A DNA stretch of 31,343 bases from Fidelibacterota bacterium. GTDB lineage: Bacteria > Fidelibacterota > Fidelibacteria > Fidelibacterales > Fidelibacteraceae. The stretch covers positions 1 through 31,343 of the forward strand of contig JAYEOX010000150.1 of assembly GCA_034723415.1 (NCBI GenBank), in the 5' to 3' direction. Below the pieces are notes generated by a model. The model was given only the letters and a program-made list of their open reading frames with translations. It ran no database searches and was not told where the DNA came from. The translations under genes were made by a program, and so were the position numbers. Positions 1-8,431 of this stretch are shown piece after piece (the stretch's first letter is position 1; each line of letters opens with the position of its first letter).

Positions 1-1706
1 GTTGTCTGTGGATTGAATGGATTTGGATAGTTCTGTTTTAGTGTAAAATCATTTGGTATATTTTTTTCGCTTATGCTCGTGCTAACTGTATCAATCACAA
101 TTAATTCAAAATCGTCGAGCCATAAATAGGATCCTGTATTTATTGATTGCACTGCCAAGTAAATAGAATCACCTACATAAGAAGTTAGATCATAAGTATA
201 TTCTGTCCAATTTGCAGGTGTATTTGTAATGGATGCTGATGTAGTAGAAAAACTGCTAACATCATTTGTGGTTGTTGATAGTTTCACATTGAAATCTTCT
301 AAATAACTTGGACTATATGAATTCGCCCAAAAAGAAAAAGTAATTTCATCAGCATCAGGTAAAAACAATTGATTCGTCACAACCCAGTCATCTGAACCGT
401 CAGCAGTTTTTATACCAAGCCCAAGAACTCCACTATGAGCCAAATCAATTGCTGGATAAGCAACTTCAGAATAATAACCCAACGAATCGTCATTACCGTC
501 ATTATTAATTTCATTCCAACCGGCTAAAGTGTAATTTTCAAAGCTATTATAAATTTGATAAGATATATCTGAAGTGTTTGGTTCTATTTTGATTATTGCT
601 CCTTGCTCATTTGTAAAATCTCCATTTCCGGAATCCAAACTATCCAATTTAAAATAACCATTATAATATCCGGACCAACCCCAATTAAAATGAAAAAAGT
701 TTGGTGATCCATTTTGATAACCATCACATACAAAAGCATGTCCGCCATCAGGCCCACTACCACGATAGAATATTGGTCTGCTATTATCAATTTCTGATAT
801 TAACAAACTATCCCAATTACCAGAGAAATCTTCTTTCCATAATAATTCAGCAGTTGTTTTATAATTAAAATATGTTATAAATGAATTCATTGCATCGCTA
901 GAAGACGCACTTGAACCATTCGGTGTGTAATTCATATCAACAGAAACACCACAATGATAAAGTAGTTTTGCAATTTCATTATTATAATCTGTTAATGAAG
1001 AGTCAGGCATATTTCCCCAATTGTAAGTTGCATCATTAAAAATAACTCTCTGTTTTCCATATTCAGGATGATCTCCCGGAATGAATGAATGTCCGCCAAT
1101 TGGATTTGTTGGGTGTTCATGATATTTCATCACTTGTCCCATTGCAGTTGCAACACATCCGGCATAGGTATGACCATCGGAACCACCCGATACAGCTTCG
1201 GGACATAGTGCATTATAATATTGCTCCTGATTCCATTCAATATTTCCTAAAAGTGGTGCAACATCTTGAGTAGCACTACTTTTTCTTAAAGATGGAGTTT
1301 GTTCTTCTAATAAATTATTCCATTTTTTTCTGGACTCAAAATTCATAATTTTATTTTCTTTCACGAATCCTATTGTTTTTTGATAAGTGCCAAGCCATTC
1401 TTTTAATGCAAGATTTTTAACCTCTTCTTTTACATTTGAAGTTAGTGAATATCCCAAAATCGGTGCAATGTCATCATCATTCGGCAAAATTACAAATCCA
1501 CCATTTTCAAATCCGAAAATAAATAAATTTTCATTTACAATGCTCTGATTAATTTTAAATTCACGAAAATTATTATCTGCTCGTGAATTTATATAGCTAA
1601 TCCAATTTTTTGCAACCTGTGATGCCGTTTCTTCTGTTACTTCTTTTCCAGTTAGAATAATTGTAGAGATACAAATTACTATTATTAACATCCATATTTT
1701 TTTCAT
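1..1706 (-). CDS. Secreted C10-family (streptopain/SpeB-like) cysteine protease: signal peptide, I69-like prodomain, catalytic domain, cleaved-adhesin/choice-of-anchor-J domain and start of a C-terminal sorting (T9SS-type/FlgD-like) domain. 3' end runs off the window.
   Basis: Absent from the ORF track because there is no stop in the window. Manual translation from ATG 1706 (RBS AGGAG) gives MKKIWMLIIVICISTIILTG...GFVILPNDDDIAPILGYS...PLLGNIEWNQEQYYNALCP...AGCVATAMGQVMKYH (Cys codon 1157-1155)...GHAFVCDGY...HFNWGWSGYYNGYF...DDWVVT...FSFWA...YDLTSYVG...LWLDDF...IPNDFTLKQNYPNPFNPQT. The frame is consistent to position 1. Confidence 0.93.
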   Translation of the reverse strand, partial: MKKIWMLIIVICISTIILTGKEVTEETASQVAKNWISYINSRADNNFREFKINQSIVNENLFIFGFENGGFVILPNDDDIAPILGYSLTSNVKEEVKNLALKEWLGTYQKTIGFVKENKIMNFESRKKWNNLLEEQTPSLRKSSATQDVAPLLGNIEWNQEQYYNALCPEAVSGGSDGHTYAGCVATAMGQVMKYHEHPTNPIGGHSFIPGDHPEYGKQRVIFNDATYNWGNMPDSSLTDYNNEIAKLLYHCGVSVDMNYTPNGSSASSSDAMNSFITYFNYKTTAELLWKEDFSGNWDSLLISEIDNSRPIFYRGSGPDGGHAFVCDGYQNGSPNFFHFNWGWSGYYNGYFKLDSLDSGNGDFTNEQGAIIKIEPNTSDISYQIYNSFENYTLAGWNEINNDGNDDSLGYYSEVAYPAIDLAHSGVLGLGIKTADGSDDWVVTNQLFLPDADEITFSFWANSYSPSYLEDFNVKLSTTTNDVSSFSTTSASITNTPANWTEYTYDLTSYVGDSIYLAVQSINTGSYLWLDDFELIVIDTVSTSISEKNIPNDFTLKQNYPNPFNPQT

Positions 1707-1743
1707 CTTTTACTCCTAAATATTTTCATGTTTATATAATTAA

Positions 1744-1772
1744 AATATAATATAGTTTCCATCAATTAACAA
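1744..1772 (-). promoter_or_regulatory. Putative sigma70 promoter for the C10 protease
   Basis: Minus strand TTGTTA (1772-1767), 17 nt spacer, TATATT (1749-1744). AT-rich context lowers specificity. Confidence 0.45.
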
Positions 1773-1855
1773 ATTAATTAATAACATATTGATTACAATC
1801 ACATTATTTTTAAAAATTTATTATTTTTGTAGTTGTAATTTTATATATTATGGGT

Positions 1856-1944
1856 GGAGAGATGGCAGAGTCCGGTTGAATGCGCCGCACTCGAAATGCG
1901 GTTTCCGATTTTTCGGAACGGGGGTTCGAATCCCTTTCTCTCCG
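1856..1944 (+). tRNA. tRNA-Ser(CGA)
   Basis: Acceptor GGAGAGA/TCTCTCC, anticodon stem CCGCA-CTCGAAA-TGCGG, long variable arm TTCCGA-TTTT-TCGGAA, T loop TTCGAAT, discriminator G. CCA not encoded. Confidence 0.96.
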
Positions 1945-1979
1945 CAATGAAATTTTACTTTGAACATATTATGAGAATA

Positions 1980-2008
1980 ATGACATTTTCAACAGATACA
2001 AATATAAT
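1980..2008 (+). promoter_or_regulatory. Putative sigma70 promoter for comM/yifB
   Basis: ATGACA (1980-1985), 17 nt spacer, TATAAT (2003-2008), about 40 nt upstream of ATG 2050. Confidence 0.6.
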
Positions 2009-2049
2009 AATTATTTTATGAATATATAAAAATCATACAAGGGTAAATA

Positions 2050-3591
2050 ATGTTAACAAAAGTATTTTCAGCAGGTGTAAGAGGAATAAAAGCGTATGAA
2101 ATAATTGTAGAAACTCATTTACAACGCAGCACACCTCATTATATCGTAGTTGGTTTGGCAGAAGGTGCTGTAAAAGAGAGCTGGGCTCGAATAATATCTG
2201 CAATAAAATCTTCCGGATTTGAATATCCAAGAGGAAAAATAACTCAAAATTTAGCGCCGGCGGATTTAAAAAAAGAGGGCAGTTCTTTTGATCTGCCATT
2301 AGCGATTGGAATATTAGCCGGTTCAGACACAATCTCAATCAATAAATTAGACGACTTTATTATTTTGGGAGAATTAGCTCTTGACGGAACTGTTCGTCCG
2401 ATAAAAGGTGCTTTACCAATTTCCATTGAGATGAAAAATTTTGGGAAGAAAAATATAATTCTACCGAAAGAAAATGCAAAAGAAGCGTCAATTCCCGGCG
2501 ATACAACTGTTTGGGGAGTAAGTACACTTTCAGAAGCAATTGATGTACTTAATTCAAATCCGACAATTGAACCAACTACAGTTGATCTAAAGAAGATATT
2601 TCAAATAAATAAAAGTTATCATTTAGATTTTTCAGAAGTGAAGGGTCAGGAGCATGTTAAACGAGCTTTGGAAGTTGCTGCTGCCGGTGGACATAATATT
2701 ATTCTGATCGGCCCTCCAGGATCCGGCAAATCAATGTTATCCAAACGCTTCCCTACGATCTTACCCGAATTAACTCTGCAAGAAGCATTAGAAACGACAA
2801 AAATACATTCAATAGCCGGACTTGTTCCAAAAGAAAAAGGATTGATATCTGTGCGCCCCTTTAGAGCACCACATCATACAATAAGCGATAGTGCATTAGT
2901 TGGAGGCGGACGATACCCACGCCCCGGCGAAGTAAGTTTAGCTCATAATGGAGTTCTATTTTTAGATGAATTCCCGGAATTTAAAAAGAATGTTTTAGAA
3001 GTAATGCGACAACCAATTGAAGACGGATCAGTAACGATCAGCCGTGCTTTGATGAGTTTAACATATCCTGCAAAGTTTATGTTAATTGCCGCAATGAATC
3101 CATGTCCCTGTGGATATGCAACCGATCCGGATCATGAATGCACCTGCAGTATCGGACAAATTCAGAACTATTTAAATCGCATTTCCGGGCCGTTGATGGA
3201 TAGAATAGATATTCATGTCGAAGTACCGGCTGTCTCATACAAAAAATTATCAGATAAAAGAGACGCTGAGCCATCTTCCGAAATTCGTAAAAGAGTGCAA
3301 TTTGCTCGTGAAATTCAAAACGAACGATTTGGCACATTGAACAAAGGAATTTTCAACAATTCTCAAATGGGCCCCAAAGAGATAAAAAAATATGCTCAAA
3401 TAGATAAAGATGGAGCGAAACTATTAGAAAATGCAATAAATAAACTCGGCTTAAGTGCAAGAGCTTATGATCGAATTTTGAAGGTATCTCGTACCATTGC
3501 CGATTTGGAAAACAGTGAAGATATTCGTCCCGAGCATCTTAGTGAAGCAATTCAATATCGTAGTTTGGATAGAAATTTGGGTATATTTTAA
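2050..3591 (+). CDS. comM: YifB/ComM-family Mg-chelatase-like AAA+ ATPase
   Basis: NLAPADLKKEGSSFDLPLAIG, Walker A GPPGSGKS, PFRAPHHT, PGEVSLAHNGVLFLDE, CPCG..ECTC, SGPLMDRID, LSARAYDRILKVSRTIADL. Confidence 0.95.
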   Translation: MLTKVFSAGVRGIKAYEIIVETHLQRSTPHYIVVGLAEGAVKESWARIISAIKSSGFEYPRGKITQNLAPADLKKEGSSFDLPLAIGILAGSDTISINKLDDFIILGELALDGTVRPIKGALPISIEMKNFGKKNIILPKENAKEASIPGDTTVWGVSTLSEAIDVLNSNPTIEPTTVDLKKIFQINKSYHLDFSEVKGQEHVKRALEVAAAGGHNIILIGPPGSGKSMLSKRFPTILPELTLQEALETTKIHSIAGLVPKEKGLISVRPFRAPHHTISDSALVGGGRYPRPGEVSLAHNGVLFLDEFPEFKKNVLEVMRQPIEDGSVTISRALMSLTYPAKFMLIAAMNPCPCGYATDPDHECTCSIGQIQNYLNRISGPLMDRIDIHVEVPAVSYKKLSDKRDAEPSSEIRKRVQFAREIQNERFGTLNKGIFNNSQMGPKEIKKYAQIDKDGAKLLENAINKLGLSARAYDRILKVSRTIADLENSEDIRPEHLSEAIQYRSLDRNLGIF

Positions 3592-3606
3592 AGCATGGGA
3601 AATCGC

Positions 3607-3630
3607 TCGTAAAGACGCTAAAACGCAAAA
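3607..3630 (+). repeat. Degenerate 8-nt tandem repeat (TCGTAAAG ACGCTAAA ACGCAAAA) just downstream of comM
   Basis: Three imperfect units with period 8, relatively GC-rich within an AT-rich spacer. Confidence 0.35.
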
Positions 3631-3712
3631 AATAATGAAAGGAAAAGACTTGATTTTGCAAAAGCGAAGTGACAAAGAAGTAAAAAAAATAGAATTAATA
3701 AAGTAAAGAAAT

Positions 3713-4264
3713 ATGAAATTTTTAGATTTAATAAAAAGACGCCAAAGCGATAGAAAATATTTGGATAAACCGGTGGAACGAGAAAAATTAGATAGATGTA
3801 TAGAAGCAGCAAGGTTGGCGCCATCTGCATCTAATTCTCAACCATGGAAATTTATCATAATTGATGACAAGAAACTAAAAAATGAAGTGGCAAATGCAAC
3901 ATTTACTAAAATTGTAAAATTCAACTCATTCGTTCCAACTGCTCCGGTCATCATTGTAATAACAATAGATAAACCAAAACTAATGTTACAAATGGGAAAT
4001 ATTTTAAAAAAAACAAATTATGGATTGATCGACATTGGTATTGCTACAGAACATTTTTGTTTACAAGCGACAGAAGAAGGTTTGGGAACTTGCATATTGG
4101 GATGGTTCGATGAAAAGAAAATCAAGAAAATTTTAGGTATCCCAAAGAAGAATAAAATCGGTTTAGTTATTTCACTTGGTTATTCCGGTCATAAAACGAT
4201 CAGAGAGAAAAAGAGAAAAAGTATCAAAGAAATATCTAATTACAACAATTATAATTTTAATTAA
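3713..4264 (+). CDS. Nitroreductase family protein
   Basis: RQSDRKY, AARLAPSASNSQPWKF, DIGIATEHFCLQATEEGLGTCILGWF, ISLGY. Confidence 0.93.
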   Translation: MKFLDLIKRRQSDRKYLDKPVEREKLDRCIEAARLAPSASNSQPWKFIIIDDKKLKNEVANATFTKIVKFNSFVPTAPVIIVITIDKPKLMLQMGNILKKTNYGLIDIGIATEHFCLQATEEGLGTCILGWFDEKKIKKILGIPKKNKIGLVISLGYSGHKTIREKKRKSIKEISNYNNYNFN

Positions 4265-4279
4265 TCTGGAGTATAAATA

Positions 4280-4585
4280 ATGTCAGTCTTATTTGAGTTT
4301 GCAATGTTTCCCACCGATAAGGGGGAAAGTGTTAGCAAATACGTTAGTAAAATAATAAATATGATAGATAAAAGTGAAGTAAATTATCAGTTAACGCCAA
4401 TGGGAACAATTGTAGAAACTGATACTATGGATGAAGCTTTAAATATCATAAAAAAATCGTATAAAGTGCTGAAACCATTTTCAAATAGAATTTACTCTTC
4501 TGTAAAATTTGATATCAGAAAATTTGGGGATAACAGAATAAAAAATAAAATTCTTTCAATAGAAAATGAGTTAAAAAAATTATAA
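4280..4585 (+). CDS. MTH1187/YkoF-like thiamine-binding protein family
   Basis: EFAMFPTDKGESVSKYV, YQLTPMGTIVE, RIYSSVKFDIR; RBS GGAG. Confidence 0.9.
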   Translation: MSVLFEFAMFPTDKGESVSKYVSKIINMIDKSEVNYQLTPMGTIVETDTMDEALNIIKKSYKVLKPFSNRIYSSVKFDIRKFGDNRIKNKILSIENELKKL

Positions 4586-4636
4586 TATTATTTGCTAATT
4601 ATTTATATTAGTATTTATTAAAATTTTCGGTATATG

Positions 4637-5014
4637 TTAATTATTGATCTCAAATTCCATCACAACAGAAGCAATTGCCAATTCTTTTATATGACTTAAA
4701 CTGACCGAACAATTTTTTATTTTTACTTTACCTAATATTTCTTCTGAAAATTTTAAAACGGGTTTCCCATTTTGATTGTTTTCTATCCAAACACTTTTCC
4801 ATTTTAATATATTATGTTCTATATGATCTAATAAAATTTTTCTTGCCGCTTCTTTCACTGCAAACCTAACTGCATAATGTTGATATTTGGCAGCACCTGC
4901 TCTACAATATTCTATTTCTTTTTTATGAAATATTCTTTTAGTAAACCTATCTGAACCTTGAATGCTTTTTTTAATTCTAGCAACTTCAACAATGTCAATT
5001 CCCGTTTCAATCAT
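4637..5014 (-). CDS. acpS: Holo-[acyl-carrier-protein] synthase (4'-phosphopantetheinyl transferase)
   Basis: GIDIVEVARI, RFAVKEAARK, NGKP, VSLSH. Start taken at ATG 5014 (MIETG), overlapping the end of the HAD gene. Confidence 0.9.
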   Translation of the reverse strand: MIETGIDIVEVARIKKSIQGSDRFTKRIFHKKEIEYCRAGAAKYQHYAVRFAVKEAARKILLDHIEHNILKWKSVWIENNQNGKPVLKFSEEILGKVKIKNCSVSLSHIKELAIASVVMEFEINN

Positions 5015-5693
5015 CCTTATTTTCCATTTCAATAATTTCTAACAATTCGTCGAAACTATTAATATCATAATCAGCACCTGATTTTTCTGTCTTGTTCACG
5101 TCACCATATTTTGCATAAACAGTTTTCATACCAACTTTTTCAGCGCCTGCAATATCTCTTTCCGGCCAATCACCAACCATAATTGTTTCACTAACTTTTA
5201 AATTTAATTTTTTCAATGCGAGTAAAAATGGTTTAGTTGACGGTTTTCTTTCATTTGTATCATTAAAAGTTACGACAACATCAAACATATTATGTAAATT
5301 CAATTGAACTAATCTGAGCCATGCTTCTCTACTTGGTGCATCACTGACAATAGCCAATTTTATTCCTTTTTTAAGAATATTTATTAATGTGCTTGTTACA
5401 AAAGGATATGGTGAAAGAGCCGATTCTCTTGCCTTTCGATAACCAAGAATTCCGGCAGCTAAAAATTTGTAATTGAGATAACCTAACTTATTTTCAATAA
5501 ATTTATTGAAAACTAATTGATCTTCCCAGCCTTCTTTCTCGTAAATTGACATAATGTCTTCAATCGACTCATCTTTGTCAATATGAAATCCTGCTTCAAT
5601 CATACCTAAAATTGCAGATTCTACAGCCATTCTTTTTAAACGAACAAAATCAACTAATGTATTATCTATATCAAATATTATTGCTTTTATCAT
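5007..5693 (-). CDS. HAD-superfamily hydrolase, subfamily IA (TIGR02253-like)
   Basis: Motif I FDIDNTL, motif II IVSD, motif III KP, motif IV MVGDWPERDIAGA. Confidence 0.9.
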   Translation of the reverse strand: MIKAIIFDIDNTLVDFVRLKRMAVESAILGMIEAGFHIDKDESIEDIMSIYEKEGWEDQLVFNKFIENKLGYLNYKFLAAGILGYRKARESALSPYPFVTSTLINILKKGIKLAIVSDAPSREAWLRLVQLNLHNMFDVVVTFNDTNERKPSTKPFLLALKKLNLKVSETIMVGDWPERDIAGAEKVGMKTVYAKYGDVNKTEKSGADYDINSFDELLEIIEMENKDD

Positions 5694-5707
5694 ATTATCC
5701 TAAAATG

Positions 5708-5738
5708 AAGAAGGGGAATTTAATATCTTCCCCTTCTT
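5708..5738 (-). terminator. Hairpin (probable intrinsic terminator or mRNA-stabilising stem) between the TPR and HAD genes
   Basis: AAGAAGGGGAA (5708-5718) and TTCCCCTTCTT (5728-5738) form an 11-bp perfect stem with a 9-nt loop. On the minus strand it is followed by CATTTT and then the HAD RBS. Confidence 0.65.
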
Positions 5739-5764
5739 TCATCAATTTAATTTATCGTTTGCTT

Positions 5765-7075
5765 TTATGGTTGAATAGGTTTACCATCTCTTAATAATTG
5801 AATTTGATAATCGGCTGTTTTTCTCCAATTTCTATCGGCTCTAGCACGATTAAATGAACTTATTGCATCGCTTTTATTATCTAACATTCCATAAGCAATT
5901 CCCATTTCGTACCATGCTGCACCGAATCTTGGTCTATACTTTGTTGATTTTTTTGCTGATTCAATAGCTTCATTGTATTTACCTAATTCATTATAACAAG
6001 ATGCTATTCTATAATAGGCATTATAGTTTCTTGGAGATAATTCAACAGCTTTTGTCAAGGCGTCAATAGCCTCACTATATTTTTTTTGTTGCATTAACAA
6101 TGCTCCATATCCGTCCCAAGATGCTGCAGATTTATCATTTAATTTAATAGCACTTTTAAATGCTTTTACCGCTTGATCATTTTTATTGAGAGCCAAATAT
6201 GCACTTCCAAGTGTTGAATATGCTTTGTCATAATTTGAATTTAGCTTTACTGCCTTTTGAAGATGGATTACGGCTTTACTATATTGACGTGCTTTTTTAT
6301 AAAAATTACCTAAATTATATTGAGCCACATAATTGTCCGGAGCGGCATTTACACCTTTTTTTAAACAACCAATTGCTCCATCAATATCACCAGATCTTGC
6401 TTTAATTACTCCTAATTGCAAATATGCGTGAACAAATTTAGGATCAATTTCAATACATATATTAAAAATTTTACTTGCTTTTTGAGAATCACCTAATTTT
6501 AATGCATTTACTCCATTTTGATAATATTTACCTACCAGGTTATGCTTTGCTTTTGAATATTTTTTAACATTTGGAGCCAATGATGTAGCTTTGTCAAAAT
6601 AATCCGCAGAATTTTTATAATCATCTTGATGTAATGCAATAATTCCCAACCTGTAATTGATCTCAGAAACATAAGGGAATTCCTCTAATGCCTGTTCATA
6701 AATTCGTTTTGCATCATCAAAAGAAGATACATCAAATTCACGCTGGCCATCTTTCATTATATTGACTAATTCTCGTATTTTATCATATCGTTCACGATAA
6801 TCAGTATTTGATTTATCAGCATCAATTGCTTTTTTTAAAATTTTTTGTGCTTCGTTAATATCTCCCAACATCAATTCTACTTTGTGAAGCGCAAATAACG
6901 CATCAGCATTTGATGACTCTTGAGTAGTTATTCTTTTCAAAATAATCTTTGCCTGCATTGCATTATTTTTTTCAATAAGTGACTTTGCCAATGCTATTTG
7001 ACTTGAATCAGTTTGAGCAAAAGTAAATGTACCAAATAGCAAGATAACAAGCATTATAGTTGTTTTTAGTTTCAT
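5765..7075 (-). CDS. Exported tetratricopeptide-repeat protein
   Basis: Sec signal MKLKTTIMLVILLFGTFTFA-Q; many canonical TPRs (AYLQLGV, AQYNLGNFY, AYSTLGSAY, AYYRIASCY, AWYEMGIAY); RBS AGGAG. Confidence 0.88.
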   Translation of the reverse strand: MKLKTTIMLVILLFGTFTFAQTDSSQIALAKSLIEKNNAMQAKIILKRITTQESSNADALFALHKVELMLGDINEAQKILKKAIDADKSNTDYRERYDKIRELVNIMKDGQREFDVSSFDDAKRIYEQALEEFPYVSEINYRLGIIALHQDDYKNSADYFDKATSLAPNVKKYSKAKHNLVGKYYQNGVNALKLGDSQKASKIFNICIEIDPKFVHAYLQLGVIKARSGDIDGAIGCLKKGVNAAPDNYVAQYNLGNFYKKARQYSKAVIHLQKAVKLNSNYDKAYSTLGSAYLALNKNDQAVKAFKSAIKLNDKSAASWDGYGALLMQQKKYSEAIDALTKAVELSPRNYNAYYRIASCYNELGKYNEAIESAKKSTKYRPRFGAAWYEMGIAYGMLDNKSDAISSFNRARADRNWRKTADYQIQLLRDGKPIQP

Positions 7076-7097
7076 TTTTTTCTCCTAATCATTTTTG

Positions 7098-7181
7098 TGC
7101 CCAGGACGGGATTTGAACCCATAAATCCGTTAGGACGCCACCCCCTCAAGATGGTGTGTCTGCCAATTTCACCACCTGGGC
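7098..7181 (-). tRNA. tRNA-Leu(GAG)
   Basis: Reverse complement GCCCAGG TGGTGAAATTGGCAGACACA CCATC-TTGAGGG-GGTGG, variable arm GTCC-TAAC-GGAT, ATGGG-TTCAAAT-CCCGT, CCTGGGC-A. Matches the known secG-leuU synteny. CCA not encoded. Confidence 0.95.
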
Positions 7182-7221
7182 CTTTCTTTTTAATTATAAA
7201 AATAGATGCTTTCATTCGGCT

Positions 7222-7599
7222 TTATTTTTTCTTCTTTTTTTCAACTGGCTGAGAAGGTTTTAGAACTTCATCTACATCAATATCTTTTGGTGTTGGTAAA
7301 GATGAAGATGGCGTTACAACTCTCTCCATTGATTGTTCTTTTACAACACTATCCCTTCTTTGTGTGTCCGATCTAATAATAAAATTTATTGCAATCGTTA
7401 ATAGAAAGAAAAATATTGCTAAATAGGTCGTAATCTTCGAAAGCAGTGTCGCCGCCCCTCGCCCTCCAAAAACAGTATTTACACCACCAGCGCCACCAAA
7501 TGTGCCTGCTAATCCAGTACCTTTTGAAGATTGCAATAAAATTGATACAACCAATAGTATTGCAACCATAATGAAAATTATTATTAAAAATACATACAT
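7222..7599 (-). CDS. secG: Preprotein translocase subunit SecG
   Basis: ILLQSSKGTGLAGTFGG...FGGRGAATLLSKIT; two TM helices; lies between tpiA and tRNA-Leu. Confidence 0.95.
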   Translation of the reverse strand: MYVFLIIIFIMVAILLVVSILLQSSKGTGLAGTFGGAGGVNTVFGGRGAATLLSKITTYLAIFFFLLTIAINFIIRSDTQRRDSVVKEQSMERVVTPSSSLPTPKDIDVDEVLKPSQPVEKKKKK

Positions 7600-7617
7600 A
7601 ACTTAATATCCTTTGTT

Positions 7618-8388
7618 TTACTTATTTGTTAAATTTTCTGCTATTTGAATAATTTCATAAAAATCATCAACTTTTAAACTTGCGCCTCCAATCAATAAAC
7701 CGTCAATATCTTTTTCTGATAACAACGATTTTGCACTTTTCACTTTTGCACTTCCACCATATAAAATACGCAAATTTTTTCCTAAATGCTCACTAAAATC
7801 ATTTTTTATTGTATTCCTTATTAAAGCATGTATCTCCTGAGCTTGCTCAGGTTTTGCAGTTAATCCAGTACCAATCGCCCAAATAGGTTCATAGGCAATA
7901 ATAACATTTTGCATATCAGCTTCGGTTATATCTTTCAAACCATTTTTAAGCTGTTCAAGTATTATCTCTTCTGTTTTCCCTGCTTCTCTTTCTTCTAGTT
8001 TCTCTCCAATACATACAACCGGTTGTAACTTTGTTTTTAATGCTTTCTTTAACTTTTCATTTACCAATTTATCTGTTTCATTGAAATATTGTCTTCTTTC
8101 GGAATGGCCGATTAAAATATAATCACATCCACTATCAACAAACATTTCAGATGAAATCTCACCAGTAAAAGCACCATTAGATTCTTTGTGCATATTTTGG
8201 CCACCTATTTTCACAGGTGTATTCTCTAATGTTTTTATCATTGATTGAATTGAAATTGAAGGCGGAAAAAGAACTATATCAGAAGAAATGTTTTTCAAAC
8301 CCTTTACACGAAATTGACGACAAAATTCTACTGTCTCTGAAATCGTATGATTCATTTTCCAATTGCCTGCAATAAAATATTTTCTCAT
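7618..8388 (-). CDS. tpiA: Triosephosphate isomerase
   Basis: AGNWKMN, GAFTGEIS, IGHSERR, AYEPIWAIGTG, LYGGS, DGLLIGGASL. Confidence 0.98.
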   Translation of the reverse strand: MRKYFIAGNWKMNHTISETVEFCRQFRVKGLKNISSDIVLFPPSISIQSMIKTLENTPVKIGGQNMHKESNGAFTGEISSEMFVDSGCDYILIGHSERRQYFNETDKLVNEKLKKALKTKLQPVVCIGEKLEEREAGKTEEIILEQLKNGLKDITEADMQNVIIAYEPIWAIGTGLTAKPEQAQEIHALIRNTIKNDFSEHLGKNLRILYGGSAKVKSAKSLLSEKDIDGLLIGGASLKVDDFYEIIQIAENLTNK

Positions 8389-8389
8389 A

Positions 8390-8431
8390 AATGTTTCCTT
8401 TTTTTATTTTAATGTTTCCTTTTTTTATTTT
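8390..8431. repeat. Exact 21-bp direct tandem duplication (AATGTTTCCTTTTTTTATTTT x2)
   Basis: 8390-8410 is identical to 8411-8431. It spans the pgk stop codon and the tpiA RBS on the minus strand. Confidence 0.9.

Noticed and set aside
593..1273. ORF-track entries 593..790(-) and 1085..1273(+)
   Set aside because: Out-of-frame or antisense shadows of the C10 protease gene.
1856..2049. tRNA-Ser (and tRNA-Leu) as a prophage or island attachment site
   Set aside because: No integrase and no duplicated tRNA 3' end seen in the window.
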